From Candidatus Spongiisociaceae bacterium (lineage in GTDB: Bacteria; Actinomycetota; Acidimicrobiia; Spongiisociales; Spongiisociaceae), in NCBI GenBank assembly GCA_965202665.1, contig OZ241841.1:1408001-1472000 (forward strand): a DNA stretch of 64,000 nucleotides. The letters run 5' to 3'. A program made the position numbers and the translations under genes. Positions 37,589-48,079 of this stretch are shown piece by piece. A model generated the notes under the pieces. It was not told the DNA's origin, did not search any database, and saw only the letters and a program-made list of their open reading frames with translations. Numbering within the stretch: the first letter of the stretch is position 1; each line of letters opens with the position of its first letter.

Positions 37589-38614
37589 ATGAAAGACGAC
37601 GAAGCCATTCACCGGCACCGGTCCGTCACCTCGTTGGATGTGGCCCGCGCGGCCCGCGTCTCCCAAGCCACGGTCTCCCGGGCCTTCAACTCCCCGAGCC
37701 GGGTGACTCCCGATAAGCGGGAGCGCGTCTACGAGTCCGCATCCGAATTAGGATATGTTCCCAACGCAATCGGACGCAGCCTGTCGCTCCAGTCCAGCCG
37801 TATCATTGCGGTGGTGGTTCCCGCCGCCAGCGAGTACTACCAGCACGCCCTAGGAGCCTTGGCCCGCCATGTGATACCCAAGGATTACCAACTGTTGCTG
37901 TTCGAATCGTTTGAAGCGGAACACCTTGAAGTCGTATTCACATCAATTCCCCGCTATCACGTGGATGGGGTGATCGTGGCCTCCAGCCTGGTCCCGGTGG
38001 TGGAGGTGCAGTCCCTGGTGACGCGTGGATTGCCGGTCCTGATGTTCAACCAGGAGGTCGACTCCGGGAACGCCGCTTCGGTGAGTATCGACAACGAGGC
38101 GGGAATGCGGCAGCTGGCCGGGCACCTCGTAGAAACCGGCCACCGGTCGGTATGTTTCGTGGGAGGAATGAGGGCCGCCGGCACCGATCGGGCCCGCTAC
38201 CGGGGGGCTTGCGAGCGGTTGGCGGAGGCGGGAGTAGCTTGTCGTTACCTGTTGGCCGGGGCCTATACCTATGAAGCCGGTTTGGCGGCGGCGGAGCGGA
38301 TGGCCGAACGAGACGAATGGCCGGAGGCGGTGATGGCCGCTAGCGACGCCTTGGCTTTCGGAGTGATGGACGGGTTGCGCGAGCGGGGGCTGGCCGTCCC
38401 CGATGATATTTCGGTCACCGGATTCGACGGCCTGCCGCAGGCGGCTTGGAACTCCTATCGGCTCACCACCATCGAACAGCCCATGGACGACTTGGCCCGG
38501 CTGGGGGTGGAAACTTTGGTGGACCGGATCGAGAACTCGCACTCTACCGCCGCCGGCCACCGGCGCCTGACCGGCCGGTTGGCAATGCGCGACACGGTGG
38601 CCGACCGGAGATAA
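37589..38614 (+). CDS. LacI-family transcriptional regulator
   Basis: 'T..DVAR.A.VSQATVSRAF', 'LGYVPN..GRSL', 'VPDDISV.GFD', 'LTTIEQP'. Confidence 0.95.
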   Translation: MKDDEAIHRHRSVTSLDVARAARVSQATVSRAFNSPSRVTPDKRERVYESASELGYVPNAIGRSLSLQSSRIIAVVVPAASEYYQHALGALARHVIPKDYQLLLFESFEAEHLEVVFTSIPRYHVDGVIVASSLVPVVEVQSLVTRGLPVLMFNQEVDSGNAASVSIDNEAGMRQLAGHLVETGHRSVCFVGGMRAAGTDRARYRGACERLAEAGVACRYLLAGAYTYEAGLAAAERMAERDEWPEAVMAASDALAFGVMDGLRERGLAVPDDISVTGFDGLPQAAWNSYRLTTIEQPMDDLARLGVETLVDRIENSHSTAAGHRRLTGRLAMRDTVADRR

Positions 38615-38616
38615 AG

Positions 38617-39825
38617 ATGCAGCCAGCCCCCTATCACGAGCCGGACGTTTCTTTAGCGGCTTCCGTTGCGGATGATCCGGTGCCGGCGGCTCCCGCCCGC
38701 GACATCGGGGCCTTCTTCGCCGATGACGGCAAGCGTCGCCAAGACATCGCCGGATTCGAGGACATGTACGCCGACATCGTCCACTACATCATTCGTTGCA
38801 CGCACCGGATTTGGGAGGAGGGCGGGATCGGCCTGCTTTACACCCACTACGCCCACAACCTGCCTTTTCATACCACCGAAGGCACCGTCTACGGCCGGGA
38901 TGCGGTGATAGCCTCCACCCAGCGCGCCCAGGCCGCTTACCCCGACCTGCGGCTGTTCGGCGACGAAGTGGTGTGGGCGCCAACCGGGGAGGCCTATCAT
39001 TCTTCGCATCGGCTCACCCACTCCGGAACGAATCTGGGTTGGTCGGTTTACGGGCCGCCCACCGGCCGCCGATTCCGGCGCTTGGCCGTCGCCCACTGCG
39101 TGGTGCGGGACAACTTCATCGTTGAAGAATGGCTGGCGCGCGACGAATTAGCGCTGATCCGGGCCCTTGGTTTGGACGAGGAGGAGTTGGCCCGGCGTTT
39201 GGGCGCGGCGGAACTGGAGGCGAAAGGCGGACCCCGGCCGGTCCCGGCGGAAGTGGCCCGGTTGCGGGGCCAGCTGCCGCCGGAGGAGCACCCGGAGGAA
39301 ACTCCGGAGGGCATGGACCCGGCCGAGCATTTGGTGCGGGCCATGTTTCACCGCGTTTGGAACTGGCGCCGGTTGGACCTCATCGGGGATTACTACAGCC
39401 CGGCGGCGGTGATTGAAACCTCCACTGCCCGTAAGTTGCACGGCCCGCGGGCTCTGCGTCATCATATTCTGGAATGGCTGGGCGGTTTCAGCGACATCGC
39501 CCTGACCGTTTGCCACACGATGAGCAACAAGCGGGCGGGCGGGGCGATGGTGGCCACCCGTTGGCGGTTGGACGGAATCCACGACGGACCGGGCCGCTGG
39601 GGCGAGCCGACCGGGCGGAGGATCAGCCTGCTCGGGTTCTCCCATCATTTGGTTGCGGAGGATCGAATCAGCGCCGAATGGACGGTGTTCGATGAGTTCG
39701 CCCTCCTTAAGCAGATTCACGCCCCTGATCCGCTGTTGACCGCCGACCCCTCCGCTCCGCCGCCCGACGAACCCCCGGTTGCAGATGACATCCCCGCTCC
39801 GTTACCGGAGGACGCCGATGAATGA
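38617..39825 (+). CDS. Tandem SnoaL-like / ester cyclase family protein
   Basis: Two NTF2-like repeats: 'H.GTN.G...YGPPTGR...IVEEWL.RD' and 'G.H.GPG.WGEPTGR...I..EW.VFDE'. Confidence 0.8.
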   Translation: MQPAPYHEPDVSLAASVADDPVPAAPARDIGAFFADDGKRRQDIAGFEDMYADIVHYIIRCTHRIWEEGGIGLLYTHYAHNLPFHTTEGTVYGRDAVIASTQRAQAAYPDLRLFGDEVVWAPTGEAYHSSHRLTHSGTNLGWSVYGPPTGRRFRRLAVAHCVVRDNFIVEEWLARDELALIRALGLDEEELARRLGAAELEAKGGPRPVPAEVARLRGQLPPEEHPEETPEGMDPAEHLVRAMFHRVWNWRRLDLIGDYYSPAAVIETSTARKLHGPRALRHHILEWLGGFSDIALTVCHTMSNKRAGGAMVATRWRLDGIHDGPGRWGEPTGRRISLLGFSHHLVAEDRISAEWTVFDEFALLKQIHAPDPLLTADPSAPPPDEPPVADDIPAPLPEDADE

Positions 39826-40945
39826 GCGGATTCTCACTCCGTCCGAAGCGGATGACCGAATCATCCCCCCGGATCGGTTCGTCCCCGACGACCAGGCCTT
39901 CGTGGATGTGCGTTTGCCCGACTCGGCTGGCAAAGACAACTACTCCATGATCGGCCCGGGCGTCTCCCAAAACCCCGACGGGCACATCAATCTGCCCGAA
40001 CCCCATGGATTTAATGTGGGAGCGGCGGGCGTCCCGGCGGGTGGGGTTAACAACCAACATCTGCATTTCACCGCCGAAGTGTTCGTGTCCGTCGCCGCCC
40101 AATGGGAGTTCCGCGTCGGATTGGACTGCGAGCAAACCTTGATCGCCCCTCCCGGTTCGGTGATCTCCATTCCCACTTGGATTTTTCGGGGGTTCCGCAA
40201 CCTGTCCGACGACTACGCCATGCTGTATGCGGTGTTGGGCGGCGATGACACGGGTGGAATCATCTGGTCCCCCAAAGTGTTGCAACAGGCCGCGCTGACC
40301 GGCCTCTACCTGCGCTTGGACAACACCCTTTTGGACACCGCCGCCGGAGACGAGTTGAACGGCGCCCCGCTGGCGGCTCCCATGTCCGAGGAGGATATGG
40401 CCGGCCTGCGCGCTTACACCGATGCGGAGTTGCGGGGTCGCTTGGTCACGCAGGAGGACTTGGAGTGGAGCGAACGGGCGTTGTTGGATTCCGTCCTGCC
40501 CGGCCACTCCGCCCAGTTGGCCCCCGTGTTGGGATGGGGGATGACCATGGATCGCGATCACGTCCCGCCCATGGTCAACCCGCACACTTTCAGCATCGAA
40601 TGGCTGTGGGCGCCGTCCGGCAGCCGGGTGGGGGCGCACCGGCACGATGAAACCCAGGTTCTGATGGCGGTGAAAGGCGAATGGGAGGTTATCTTCAACA
40701 GGGGTGAGAATTTGGTGGAACGCCGCATCGGTCCGGAAACCTTGGTTTCGGTTCCGCCCGGGGTGTGGCGCTCCCTGCGGTCGGTAGGGGGGGAGGGCCT
40801 AATGCTGGTGGTGAACGGGGGCGATTCCCGCAACCTTTTGGAATGGGAGCCGCAGATCGCGGAACAGGCCCGCGTGGCCGGGTGGGCGGTGGATGCGGGC
40901 GGATACATAGCCCCGGAACGGGTGTTGCTCAGGCAGGCCAAGTGA
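39818..40945 (+). CDS. Bicupin-like protein
   Basis: 'NNQHLHFTAEVF...SIPTW.FRGF' and 'HRHDETQVL...SVPPGVWRS' cupin-like motifs; overlaps upstream gene. Confidence 0.7.
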   Translation: MNERILTPSEADDRIIPPDRFVPDDQAFVDVRLPDSAGKDNYSMIGPGVSQNPDGHINLPEPHGFNVGAAGVPAGGVNNQHLHFTAEVFVSVAAQWEFRVGLDCEQTLIAPPGSVISIPTWIFRGFRNLSDDYAMLYAVLGGDDTGGIIWSPKVLQQAALTGLYLRLDNTLLDTAAGDELNGAPLAAPMSEEDMAGLRAYTDAELRGRLVTQEDLEWSERALLDSVLPGHSAQLAPVLGWGMTMDRDHVPPMVNPHTFSIEWLWAPSGSRVGAHRHDETQVLMAVKGEWEVIFNRGENLVERRIGPETLVSVPPGVWRSLRSVGGEGLMLVVNGGDSRNLLEWEPQIAEQARVAGWAVDAGGYIAPERVLLRQAK

Positions 40946-41676
40946 TGAATCAGCTGGTGCTTCTCCCCGGAACCTTGTGCGATCACCGGCTGTTCGCCGG
41001 ACAGGTTCCCGCCTTGCGGGAAGCGGATTGGGATACGGCCGTCGGGGATCTGACTCGCGATGATTCCATCGGCGGCATGGCGGAACGGATACTGGATTGG
41101 GCCCCGGATCGTTTCGCCTTGGCCGGGTTGTCGCTGGGCGGGGTGGCGGCCATGGAGATTTGCCGCCGCGCCCCGGAACGGGTTATCGGACTGGCCCTTT
41201 TGGACACCAACCACCGGCCGGTCACCGACTCCCAACGCGCCGCTTGGCGCCGGTGGGCGGCCTTGGTGGGGGAAGGACGGTTCGACGAGGTGAGGGGCGA
41301 GGTGGCCGGGTTGATGTCCGCCCGCTTGGACGAAGAACCAATACGCCGGTTGATCGACGACATGGCCCGTTCAGTGGGCCCGCAAGCGTTTCTGAGACAG
41401 AACGCCGCTCAGGACACCCGTTCCGACAACCGGGCGTTCCTGGCCGCGTTGACCGTTCCCACCCTGGTGTTGTGCGGGGAACGGGACGAGGTGTGTCCCG
41501 TTTCCACCCACCGGGAGATGGCGGAGCTAATTCCCGGAGCGGAGTTGGCGGTGGTGGCGGGGGCCGGACATTTGTCCCCCATCGACCGCCCGCGCCCCGT
41601 GACCGAAGCCCTCCGGGGATGGTTGCGGAAGATTCCAACCCCGATTCCGGCGGGATCCCGATCCGGAAGAAACTGA
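40945..41676 (+). CDS. Alpha/beta hydrolase
   Basis: 'LLPG.LCD', nucleophile 'GLSLGG', 'PTLVLCG..D', 'AGHL'. Confidence 0.9.
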   Translation: MNQLVLLPGTLCDHRLFAGQVPALREADWDTAVGDLTRDDSIGGMAERILDWAPDRFALAGLSLGGVAAMEICRRAPERVIGLALLDTNHRPVTDSQRAAWRRWAALVGEGRFDEVRGEVAGLMSARLDEEPIRRLIDDMARSVGPQAFLRQNAAQDTRSDNRAFLAALTVPTLVLCGERDEVCPVSTHREMAELIPGAELAVVAGAGHLSPIDRPRPVTEALRGWLRKIPTPIPAGSRSGRN

Positions 41677-41722
41677 AAACAAGATTCGCCGCAACCAAAT
41701 GCGGCGGGAAAAGGAGAAAACC

Positions 41723-43192
41723 ATGAAACACTTCAAAGCAGCAAAGGTCCTGGGCCTGGTGTTGGCGTTGGCGATGGTAGCGGCCGCTTGCGGCGGCGAC
41801 GACGCCTCGCCGACCACCACCGCGTCCCAGACCACCACCGCCGCGCCGACCACCACCGCGGCGGCGACCACCACGGCGGCTATGGACGACGCGGAGGAGA
41901 CCACCACCACCGCCGCGCCGACCACTACCGCCGCGCCCACTACCACCGAGGCCCCGATGATGATGGTGAGCGACGAATGCCAAATCGGGGCTCCGGAAAG
42001 CGCGGTGACGATCAACATGATCGGCTGGACCTTCGACATCATGGAGTTCTACGCCGACGAGTTGGAGAAATGCAACGGCGAGAACTTGGAAGTCAACACC
42101 CAGCTGTTGCAGTACCAGGACGCGCGGGACCAGATGTTGCTGGACCTGACCTCCGGTGGTACTTCGGCTTATGAGATCGTGCACGGCGCCAACGGCGAGA
42201 TTTCCGAATTCGGATCTCAGGGCTTGGTTGTCAGGCTGAACGATTTGGTGGAGAAATACTGGGATGAGTACGACTTGGGCGACATTTCCCAGACCGCCTG
42301 GAACGGCGCTACTTTCGATGAGGGCATTTACGGCATCCCGGTGGTGTCCAACACCCAGCATTTGATGTACCGGCCCGACCTGTATGAAAAGTACGGTTTG
42401 TCGGTGCCCGCCAACTACGACGAGGTGATCAACTCCTGCAACGTCATGCGGGACGAAGCATCCATTGATTTGCCGTTTGTGATGAACTTGCACGCCGGTT
42501 CCGCCTGGGATGTGTGGTTTCTGCACTTCTTCCGCGGTTTCGGGGGCGGTAACTATTTGAACCCGGACAACACCCCGGCCGTGGCCAGCCCGGAGGGGGT
42601 GGCCGCCGTCGCCAAAATCAAGGAAGTCATCGACGCCTGCATGGGGGCGCAAGGCCTCACCTACGATTACAACGCGGTGCAGTTGGGCTTGCAGACCGGC
42701 GGCGTGGCCTCCTCCACTTTGTGGGCCAGCCGGGCGGCGGCCATGGACGACCCCGATGAGTCGCTGTTTGTAAACGGGATCGAATTCGCGGTCGCCCCTT
42801 CGCCCATGCCGGGCGGTCCGGCGGGGTCTTCCGCTTGGAACGACTTCCTGATGATTCCGGCCAGCGCCGACGTTGATCCGGAGCTGATTTTCAAGATCAT
42901 CATGGAGGCCACCGACGCGGAGAGCCAGCTGGGCGCGGCGGTGGTGGGCATTCCCACCCGGGGTTCGGCGGCCGCCGCCGGCGTAGGCGGACGTTATCTT
43001 CCCGCGGCGGCGGAATCAGTGGCCAACGGGATCGGCATCTTCGCTCCCAACCCGGCGGTCCGGTTGATGCGCAATGCTTTGGGCAACCAGCTCCCGTTGG
43101 TGGGAACCGGTGAGAAAACCCCCGAACAGGCGTTGAACGACGCAGTGGAAGAATACTTGGTCGAGGCGACAGCCCAAGGCTTCGTGTCCTAG
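41723..43192 (+). CDS. ABC transporter substrate-binding lipoprotein (sugar family) with Thr/Ala-rich linker
   Basis: Lipobox 'VAAAC', TTTAAP repeats, 'YGIP...NTQHLMYR.DL..K.GL.VP'; RBS AAGGAG. Confidence 0.9.
   Translation: MKHFKAAKVLGLVLALAMVAAACGGDDASPTTTASQTTTAAPTTTAAATTTAAMDDAEETTTTAAPTTTAAPTTTEAPMMMVSDECQIGAPESAVTINMIGWTFDIMEFYADELEKCNGENLEVNTQLLQYQDARDQMLLDLTSGGTSAYEIVHGANGEISEFGSQGLVVRLNDLVEKYWDEYDLGDISQTAWNGATFDEGIYGIPVVSNTQHLMYRPDLYEKYGLSVPANYDEVINSCNVMRDEASIDLPFVMNLHAGSAWDVWFLHFFRGFGGGNYLNPDNTPAVASPEGVAAVAKIKEVIDACMGAQGLTYDYNAVQLGLQTGGVASSTLWASRAAAMDDPDESLFVNGIEFAVAPSPMPGGPAGSSAWNDFLMIPASADVDPELIFKIIMEATDAESQLGAAVVGIPTRGSAAAAGVGGRYLPAAAESVANGIGIFAPNPAVRLMRNALGNQLPLVGTGEKTPEQALNDAVEEYLVEATAQGFVS
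41814..41955 (+). repeat. Low-complexity ACC-rich coding repeats (TTTAAP linker)
   Basis: Repeated 'accaccaccgccgcgccg'-like units. Confidence 0.8.
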
Positions 43193-43200
43193 ACGTCGAC

Positions 43201-43242
43201 TAGGTTGCGGGGGCCGTCGGCGCGACGGCCCCCGTAGCCCTA
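43201..43242 (+). terminator. Intercistronic stem-loop after the SBP gene
   Basis: cgggggccgtcg / cgacggcccccg perfect stem with 3-nt loop. Confidence 0.75.
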
Positions 43243-43258
43243 ATATAGGATTTCAGTT

Positions 43259-44122
43259 ATGCAACGAAAAACTTTTTACGGATTTAGCGCTCCCAGCTTG
43301 GTGATGATGGCCGCCTTGATGGCGTTTCCGCTCATTATGTCAATTTGGCTGGGGATGAATTTTATGACCTTCCGCAACATCCGGACTCCCGAATTTATCT
43401 GGTTTCGCAACTTCGGGGAGGTGCTGACCGACGTCCAGTTTTGGCAATCCATGCGTTTTACGCTCATATATATGGCGGTGACCATCCCCATCCAGTTGGG
43501 AGTGGGGTTCGCCATAGCCTTGCTGTTGGATCAGGTGACCCGTTTGCGGGGATTGTTCATGGCGGCCCTGCTTCTGCCTTTTATCGTGGTTCCGGTAGTG
43601 GGGGCTATGCTGTTCCGCTCCATGTTCGACCCCTCCGGGATTATTACCTGGTTTTTTCGAGATATTCTGGACCAGAGGTTCTATTTCACAGAAGGTTCTA
43701 TAAAAGCGGTAATCATAATCCACGCCCTTTGGTATATCACACCGTTTGTGGTAGTGGTTTTGTTCGCAGGTTTGCAATCTTTGCCTAGCGATCAAATAGA
43801 GGCCGCCGAAGTAGATGGCGCCAAATGGTATCAAAGCATTAGATATGTTGTAATACCTCATTTGCGTTCTCTCTTATTATTCATTTCCTTGATGTTGATT
43901 ATGGATGCCTATCGAGTGTTTGATAGCGTATTTGTTTTAACTGGAAATAATCCTATATTTAAGGCAGACACCGTTCAGGTGTATAATTTCGAAGTAGGGT
44001 TACAGGTGCAACGGCTGGGTAAAGCTAATGCTATGGCGATTTTGACGGTTATAGGTGTGTTGATAGTGCTAATTCCGTTTTTGATTATCACCTACCGTAA
44101 TCAGATTGCGGAACGCGAATGA
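43259..44122 (+). CDS. Carbohydrate ABC transporter permease
   Basis: Multiple TM segments; EAA loop 'GLQSLP.DQIEAA.VDGA'. Confidence 0.93.
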   Translation: MQRKTFYGFSAPSLVMMAALMAFPLIMSIWLGMNFMTFRNIRTPEFIWFRNFGEVLTDVQFWQSMRFTLIYMAVTIPIQLGVGFAIALLLDQVTRLRGLFMAALLLPFIVVPVVGAMLFRSMFDPSGIITWFFRDILDQRFYFTEGSIKAVIIIHALWYITPFVVVVLFAGLQSLPSDQIEAAEVDGAKWYQSIRYVVIPHLRSLLLFISLMLIMDAYRVFDSVFVLTGNNPIFKADTVQVYNFEVGLQVQRLGKANAMAILTVIGVLIVLIPFLIITYRNQIAERE

Positions 44123-45123
44123 GACGGACACGGAACCCGTTCATTCGCGCTGGCATATACTTGGCGTTGAGTTTGGTCGCCGCGTATTCCATATTCCCTT
44201 TTCTGTGGACTTTTCTGCAGTCTATAAAGACGGTACGGGATGCCAACTCGCGCACCCCTCTCTGGTTTTTTGAGGTTACCTGGGAAAACTATTCCACCTT
44301 ATGGCTGGAATCCACCCCCGAAAATCTGACCACTCTCTCCTTGACTTTGCTGGTTATTATCGGCGCGGTGGTGACGGCTATGGTGTTCGCCGAGCGTCTC
44401 CCAATTCCCAGGTGGGTGGTGTATTGGCTGGGTATGGCGGTGTTTGCTTTCATCTTATGGCAGATACCGAGGATCGTAGACACCGCCGAATTTTATGACT
44501 ACTTCCTCAACACTGTTATCGTTACCGTCGGGACCCTGATTGTTTCTATCACGATCGGTTGCCTAGCCGGATATGCGTTGGCTCGCTACGGGGGAATGGC
44601 GGGGGCGATTATTCTTATCGCCGCCTTGGCTTTCCGGGCTTTGCCCAGACTGGCGTTTATTTTCCCGTACCTGTGGATCGGCCAGGTCACTGGTTTGATA
44701 AACACGCATTTATTACTGATTGTAACTTTGGTAGCGATAAACCAGCCTTTTACCATTTGGATGCTACGGAGCTTTTTTAGGGATGTTCCCCGGGAGTTGG
44801 AAGAGTCCGCTATGGTGGACGGAGCCAGCAGGCTGACCGCCTTTCGCAAGGTGGTGGTTCCCATCGTATGGCCGGGGATAATCTCAACTTCCTTGTTTAC
44901 CTTGCTGTTGGCCTATAACGAGTTTTTGCTCCCCCGAGTCCTCACCCAAACCAACTGGACGTTACCGGTGGCTATATCCCAATTCGCGGGCGGAGAGGAC
45001 CCCGCCCATATAACGTTGGCGGCGGCGGGAGCCGTTTCCATAACGTTGCCTATTATTTTTGTTATTATATTTTTCCAGCGGCAACTAGTACGCGGATTGG
45101 CCGCTGGAGCAGTGAAAGGATAA
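44119..45123 (+). CDS. Carbohydrate ABC transporter permease
   Basis: 'FF.DVP.ELEESA.VDGAS', 'FQRQLVRGL.AGAVKG'. Confidence 0.93.
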   Translation: MRRTRNPFIRAGIYLALSLVAAYSIFPFLWTFLQSIKTVRDANSRTPLWFFEVTWENYSTLWLESTPENLTTLSLTLLVIIGAVVTAMVFAERLPIPRWVVYWLGMAVFAFILWQIPRIVDTAEFYDYFLNTVIVTVGTLIVSITIGCLAGYALARYGGMAGAIILIAALAFRALPRLAFIFPYLWIGQVTGLINTHLLLIVTLVAINQPFTIWMLRSFFRDVPRELEESAMVDGASRLTAFRKVVVPIVWPGIISTSLFTLLLAYNEFLLPRVLTQTNWTLPVAISQFAGGEDPAHITLAAAGAVSITLPIIFVIIFFQRQLVRGLAAGAVKG

Positions 45124-45187
45124 GTTGCCGATGCGACGCCGACGAGTTGGTTCGGAACGCCCTGATAAGGCATGAAAGGACACCAAT

Positions 45188-46255
45188 ATGGGTAAGCACC
45201 TGCAGAACAAACTCCGGATTCGGGATGGACTGAACGCCATCACCGACTCTTCCGCCGAACAGGTGGGGGAGGCCTTGCGCAGCCTCTATCATCCGCAGGC
45301 CGAATGGAAGAGCTCCCATCCGATTAACACGGTATCGGGCGTCGGTGATATTGAACGGACGGTTTGGCGCCCGCTTCTCACCTCTTTTCCAGACTTGGAA
45401 AGACGGGACCTCATCCTGATCGGCGGCTCCTACGACGGATCGCGGGGTGAAATGCACAACCAGCAGGGGCCGGTAGTCCGCCGCATTCACGAGGGGGGCG
45501 ATTATGTGGCTGCCCTGGGTCATTTAGCCGGAACCTTCGTGCGGGACTGGTTGGGCCTTCCCGCCACCGGCCGCACCCTCTATTTGCGTTACGGAGAGGT
45601 GCATAAAGTGGTAGAAGGAAAAATTTCCCAAAGCGTCGTGCTGATCGACGTACTGGACGCCATCCGACAGGCCGGGTTTTGGCCGGTGGCTCCCAGTTTG
45701 GGGGTGGAGGAAATGTGGCCCGGTCCTATTCACGCGGACGGGATCGTTTTAGAGGAAAGCGACCCGGCCGTTTCCGCCGCCACCCTGCAGGTCTGCCTGG
45801 ACATGCAGGCGGCTTTGGGCAAAGGCCCGATGAGCCGGGACGAGTTGTTGAACGGGCCCCAGAAGCCGCACTGGCACCCCAAAATGATGTACTACGCCGG
45901 AGCCGGGATAGGAACTTGCCGCGGGTTGCCGGGGTTCGTCGATCACCATCAGGTTCCATTTCGGGTTTCTTTCCCGGATCGGATGGGGGACCACGAATTC
46001 GAAATAGCCGACGGCAAATATGCGGTCACCGGCGGCTACCCATGCGTTTCCGCCACCCATGGAGGGGGAGTTTGGATGGGTTTGCCTCCCACCGGCCGCC
46101 AATTGGAAATGCGGGTAATGGATTTTTATTTGGTTGATGAGGGAACCGTTAGGGAGAACTGGCTTCCCATCGACATTGTTCACATTTTGCATCAGATGGA
46201 TGTCGATGTTTTGGCCAGGGTTCGCCACCAGTTCGGCGGCCAGCCCTACCTGTAA
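45188..46255 (+). CDS. Tandem SnoaL-like / ester cyclase family protein
   Basis: 'SFPDLERRD', 'GTF..DWLG.PATG', 'H....MG.PPTG...MRVMDF', 'ENW..ID'. Confidence 0.82.
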   Translation: MGKHLQNKLRIRDGLNAITDSSAEQVGEALRSLYHPQAEWKSSHPINTVSGVGDIERTVWRPLLTSFPDLERRDLILIGGSYDGSRGEMHNQQGPVVRRIHEGGDYVAALGHLAGTFVRDWLGLPATGRTLYLRYGEVHKVVEGKISQSVVLIDVLDAIRQAGFWPVAPSLGVEEMWPGPIHADGIVLEESDPAVSAATLQVCLDMQAALGKGPMSRDELLNGPQKPHWHPKMMYYAGAGIGTCRGLPGFVDHHQVPFRVSFPDRMGDHEFEIADGKYAVTGGYPCVSATHGGGVWMGLPPTGRQLEMRVMDFYLVDEGTVRENWLPIDIVHILHQMDVDVLARVRHQFGGQPYL

Positions 46256-46275
46256 ACGGAAAGGAAAGGAAAAAA

Positions 46276-46770
46276 ATGAGCGACAAAGATCCGACTAAGC
46301 GCACCGCATTGGAGGTGGTCCGGCAAATGGCGGCCGCCTTGAACGACAATGTGGTGGAAGGCCAAGAGGCCTACTGGACTCCCGATATGGTGTGGCGCGG
46401 CCCGGCCGGAGTGGGCACCCGCCGCGGCCTGGGCGAGTTCGCCGACTACCGGGACGATTTCATCCGCGCCTTCCCCGACAAATATTTTGAGGATTGGGTC
46501 CACTTCGGGGACGGAGGGGATTATGTGGCGGCGGCCGGGGTGCAACACGCCACCCATAAGGGGGAGTGGCTGGGCATCCCGGCCAGCGGCCGACGGGTGC
46601 AGGTGAAGTACATGGACATTTGGCGGGCGGAAAACGGGTTTTTGGCCGAAAACTGGGTGATGTTGGACATCCTGGATTTCTTGGAGCAGCTGGGATACGA
46701 CGTAGCCAAGGTGCTGGCCTACATCGGCTCCAAAGGTCCGGAGTATTTCGACCGGGCGGCGGGCGACTGA
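46276..46770 (+). CDS. SnoaL-like / ester cyclase family protein
   Basis: 'W.GPAG.G..RG...F', 'AFPD', 'ATH.GEWLGIPASG', 'DIWR.E.G..AENWV.LD'. Confidence 0.85.
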   Translation: MSDKDPTKRTALEVVRQMAAALNDNVVEGQEAYWTPDMVWRGPAGVGTRRGLGEFADYRDDFIRAFPDKYFEDWVHFGDGGDYVAAAGVQHATHKGEWLGIPASGRRVQVKYMDIWRAENGFLAENWVMLDILDFLEQLGYDVAKVLAYIGSKGPEYFDRAAGD

Positions 46771-46795
46771 ACCGGGACGGAAACGGAGGCCGGCC

Positions 46796-48079
46796 ATGGA
46801 ATATCTGAAGCAACCCAAAAAATCCCAGCAACAGATAACCGCTGAGATACGGGATACCGTGTCGGAGATCCTGCGGGATGTGGAAACCGGGGGCATGGCC
46901 GCGATCCGCAAATATTCGGAACGGTTCGACGGATGGAGCCCCCCTTCCTTCCGAGTTCCGCCGGAGGCCGTCGAACGGGCCTACGAGGAGATGGAACCGG
47001 AAGTGGAGGCTTCCGGTCAGTTTCTGATCGATCAGGTGGTCAACTTCGCCCGCCTGCAACGGGAAACCCTGGTCGATTTCGAAGCGGAAACATTGCCCGG
47101 GGTGACTTTGGGGCAACGTCATATTCCGGTGCAGAACGTGGGGGCCTACTCGCCGGGCGGCCGGTATCCGCTGATCGCGTCGGCGGTGATGACCGCGGCC
47201 ACCGCCAAAACGGCCGGGGTTCCCCGGGTGCTGGGCGCGGCCCCGCCCCGCGACGAGGCGGGCATGCACCGGCCCCAGTTGTGGGCCATGCACCGTTCCG
47301 GAGCCGATGAGATTTTCTGCGTGGGCGGGGTGCAGGCCTTGGCCGGGATGGCCTTCGGCATGGAGGACGCGGCGCCGGTGGATATGATCGTAGGGCCGGG
47401 CAACGCTTACGTGGCGGAGGCCAAGCGGCAACTGTTCGGGCGGGTGGGAATCGACCTTTTGGCAGGGCCGACTGAGATTATGATCATCGCCGATTCCTCC
47501 GCCGATCCGGCGGTGCTGGCCTGCGACCTGCTGGGCCAAGCCGAACACGGTCCCACCTCCCCGGCCATTTTGGCCACCACCTCCGAGGAGGTCGGCCGTC
47601 TCGCCATTCGGGAGGTGGGGCGATGGCTGGAAACCTGGCCCACCGCCGAGGTTTCCCGGGCCGCCTGGGAGGACTACGGAACGGTCATCCTGTGCGGGGA
47701 CGATCGGGAGATGTTGGAAACCGCCAACCGGGCCGCCCCCGAACATCTGGAGGTGCACACCTCCGACCCGGACTGGTTTGCGGAACGGCTCACCGCCTAC
47801 GGCAGCCTGTTCATCGGAACCAACGCCACCGTGGCCTACAGCGACAAGGCGATCGGCACCAACCACACTTTGCCCACCATGGGGGCCGCCCGCTACACCG
47901 GCGGGTTGTGGGTGGGCAAGTTCCTGCGTACGGTGACCACCCAGCGTTGCACCCCCGAAGGCGACCGGGCGGTGGCCGAGCATGCGGCGACGGTGGCGGA
48001 CGCCGAGTTGATGTTCGGTCACGCCGTTTCCGCCCGCCTGCGCCTCAACCCGGAGTTTTTCCCGGAGGCGATGGCGTGA
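46796..48079 (+). CDS. Histidinol dehydrogenase-family paralog (HpsN-like)
   Basis: 'PGGRYP', 'GPGNAYV.EAKR', 'AGPTE', 'QAEH', 'APEHL', 'SDK.IGTNHTLPT' (DK where canonical HisD has DY); not in a his operon. Confidence 0.85.
   Translation: MEYLKQPKKSQQQITAEIRDTVSEILRDVETGGMAAIRKYSERFDGWSPPSFRVPPEAVERAYEEMEPEVEASGQFLIDQVVNFARLQRETLVDFEAETLPGVTLGQRHIPVQNVGAYSPGGRYPLIASAVMTAATAKTAGVPRVLGAAPPRDEAGMHRPQLWAMHRSGADEIFCVGGVQALAGMAFGMEDAAPVDMIVGPGNAYVAEAKRQLFGRVGIDLLAGPTEIMIIADSSADPAVLACDLLGQAEHGPTSPAILATTSEEVGRLAIREVGRWLETWPTAEVSRAAWEDYGTVILCGDDREMLETANRAAPEHLEVHTSDPDWFAERLTAYGSLFIGTNATVAYSDKAIGTNHTLPTMGAARYTGGLWVGKFLRTVTTQRCTPEGDRAVAEHAATVADAELMFGHAVSARLRLNPEFFPEAMA

Noticed and set aside
46796-48079. 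Canonical hisD
   Set aside because: Catabolic operon context and DK in place of DY before the GxNH motif indicate a paralog.
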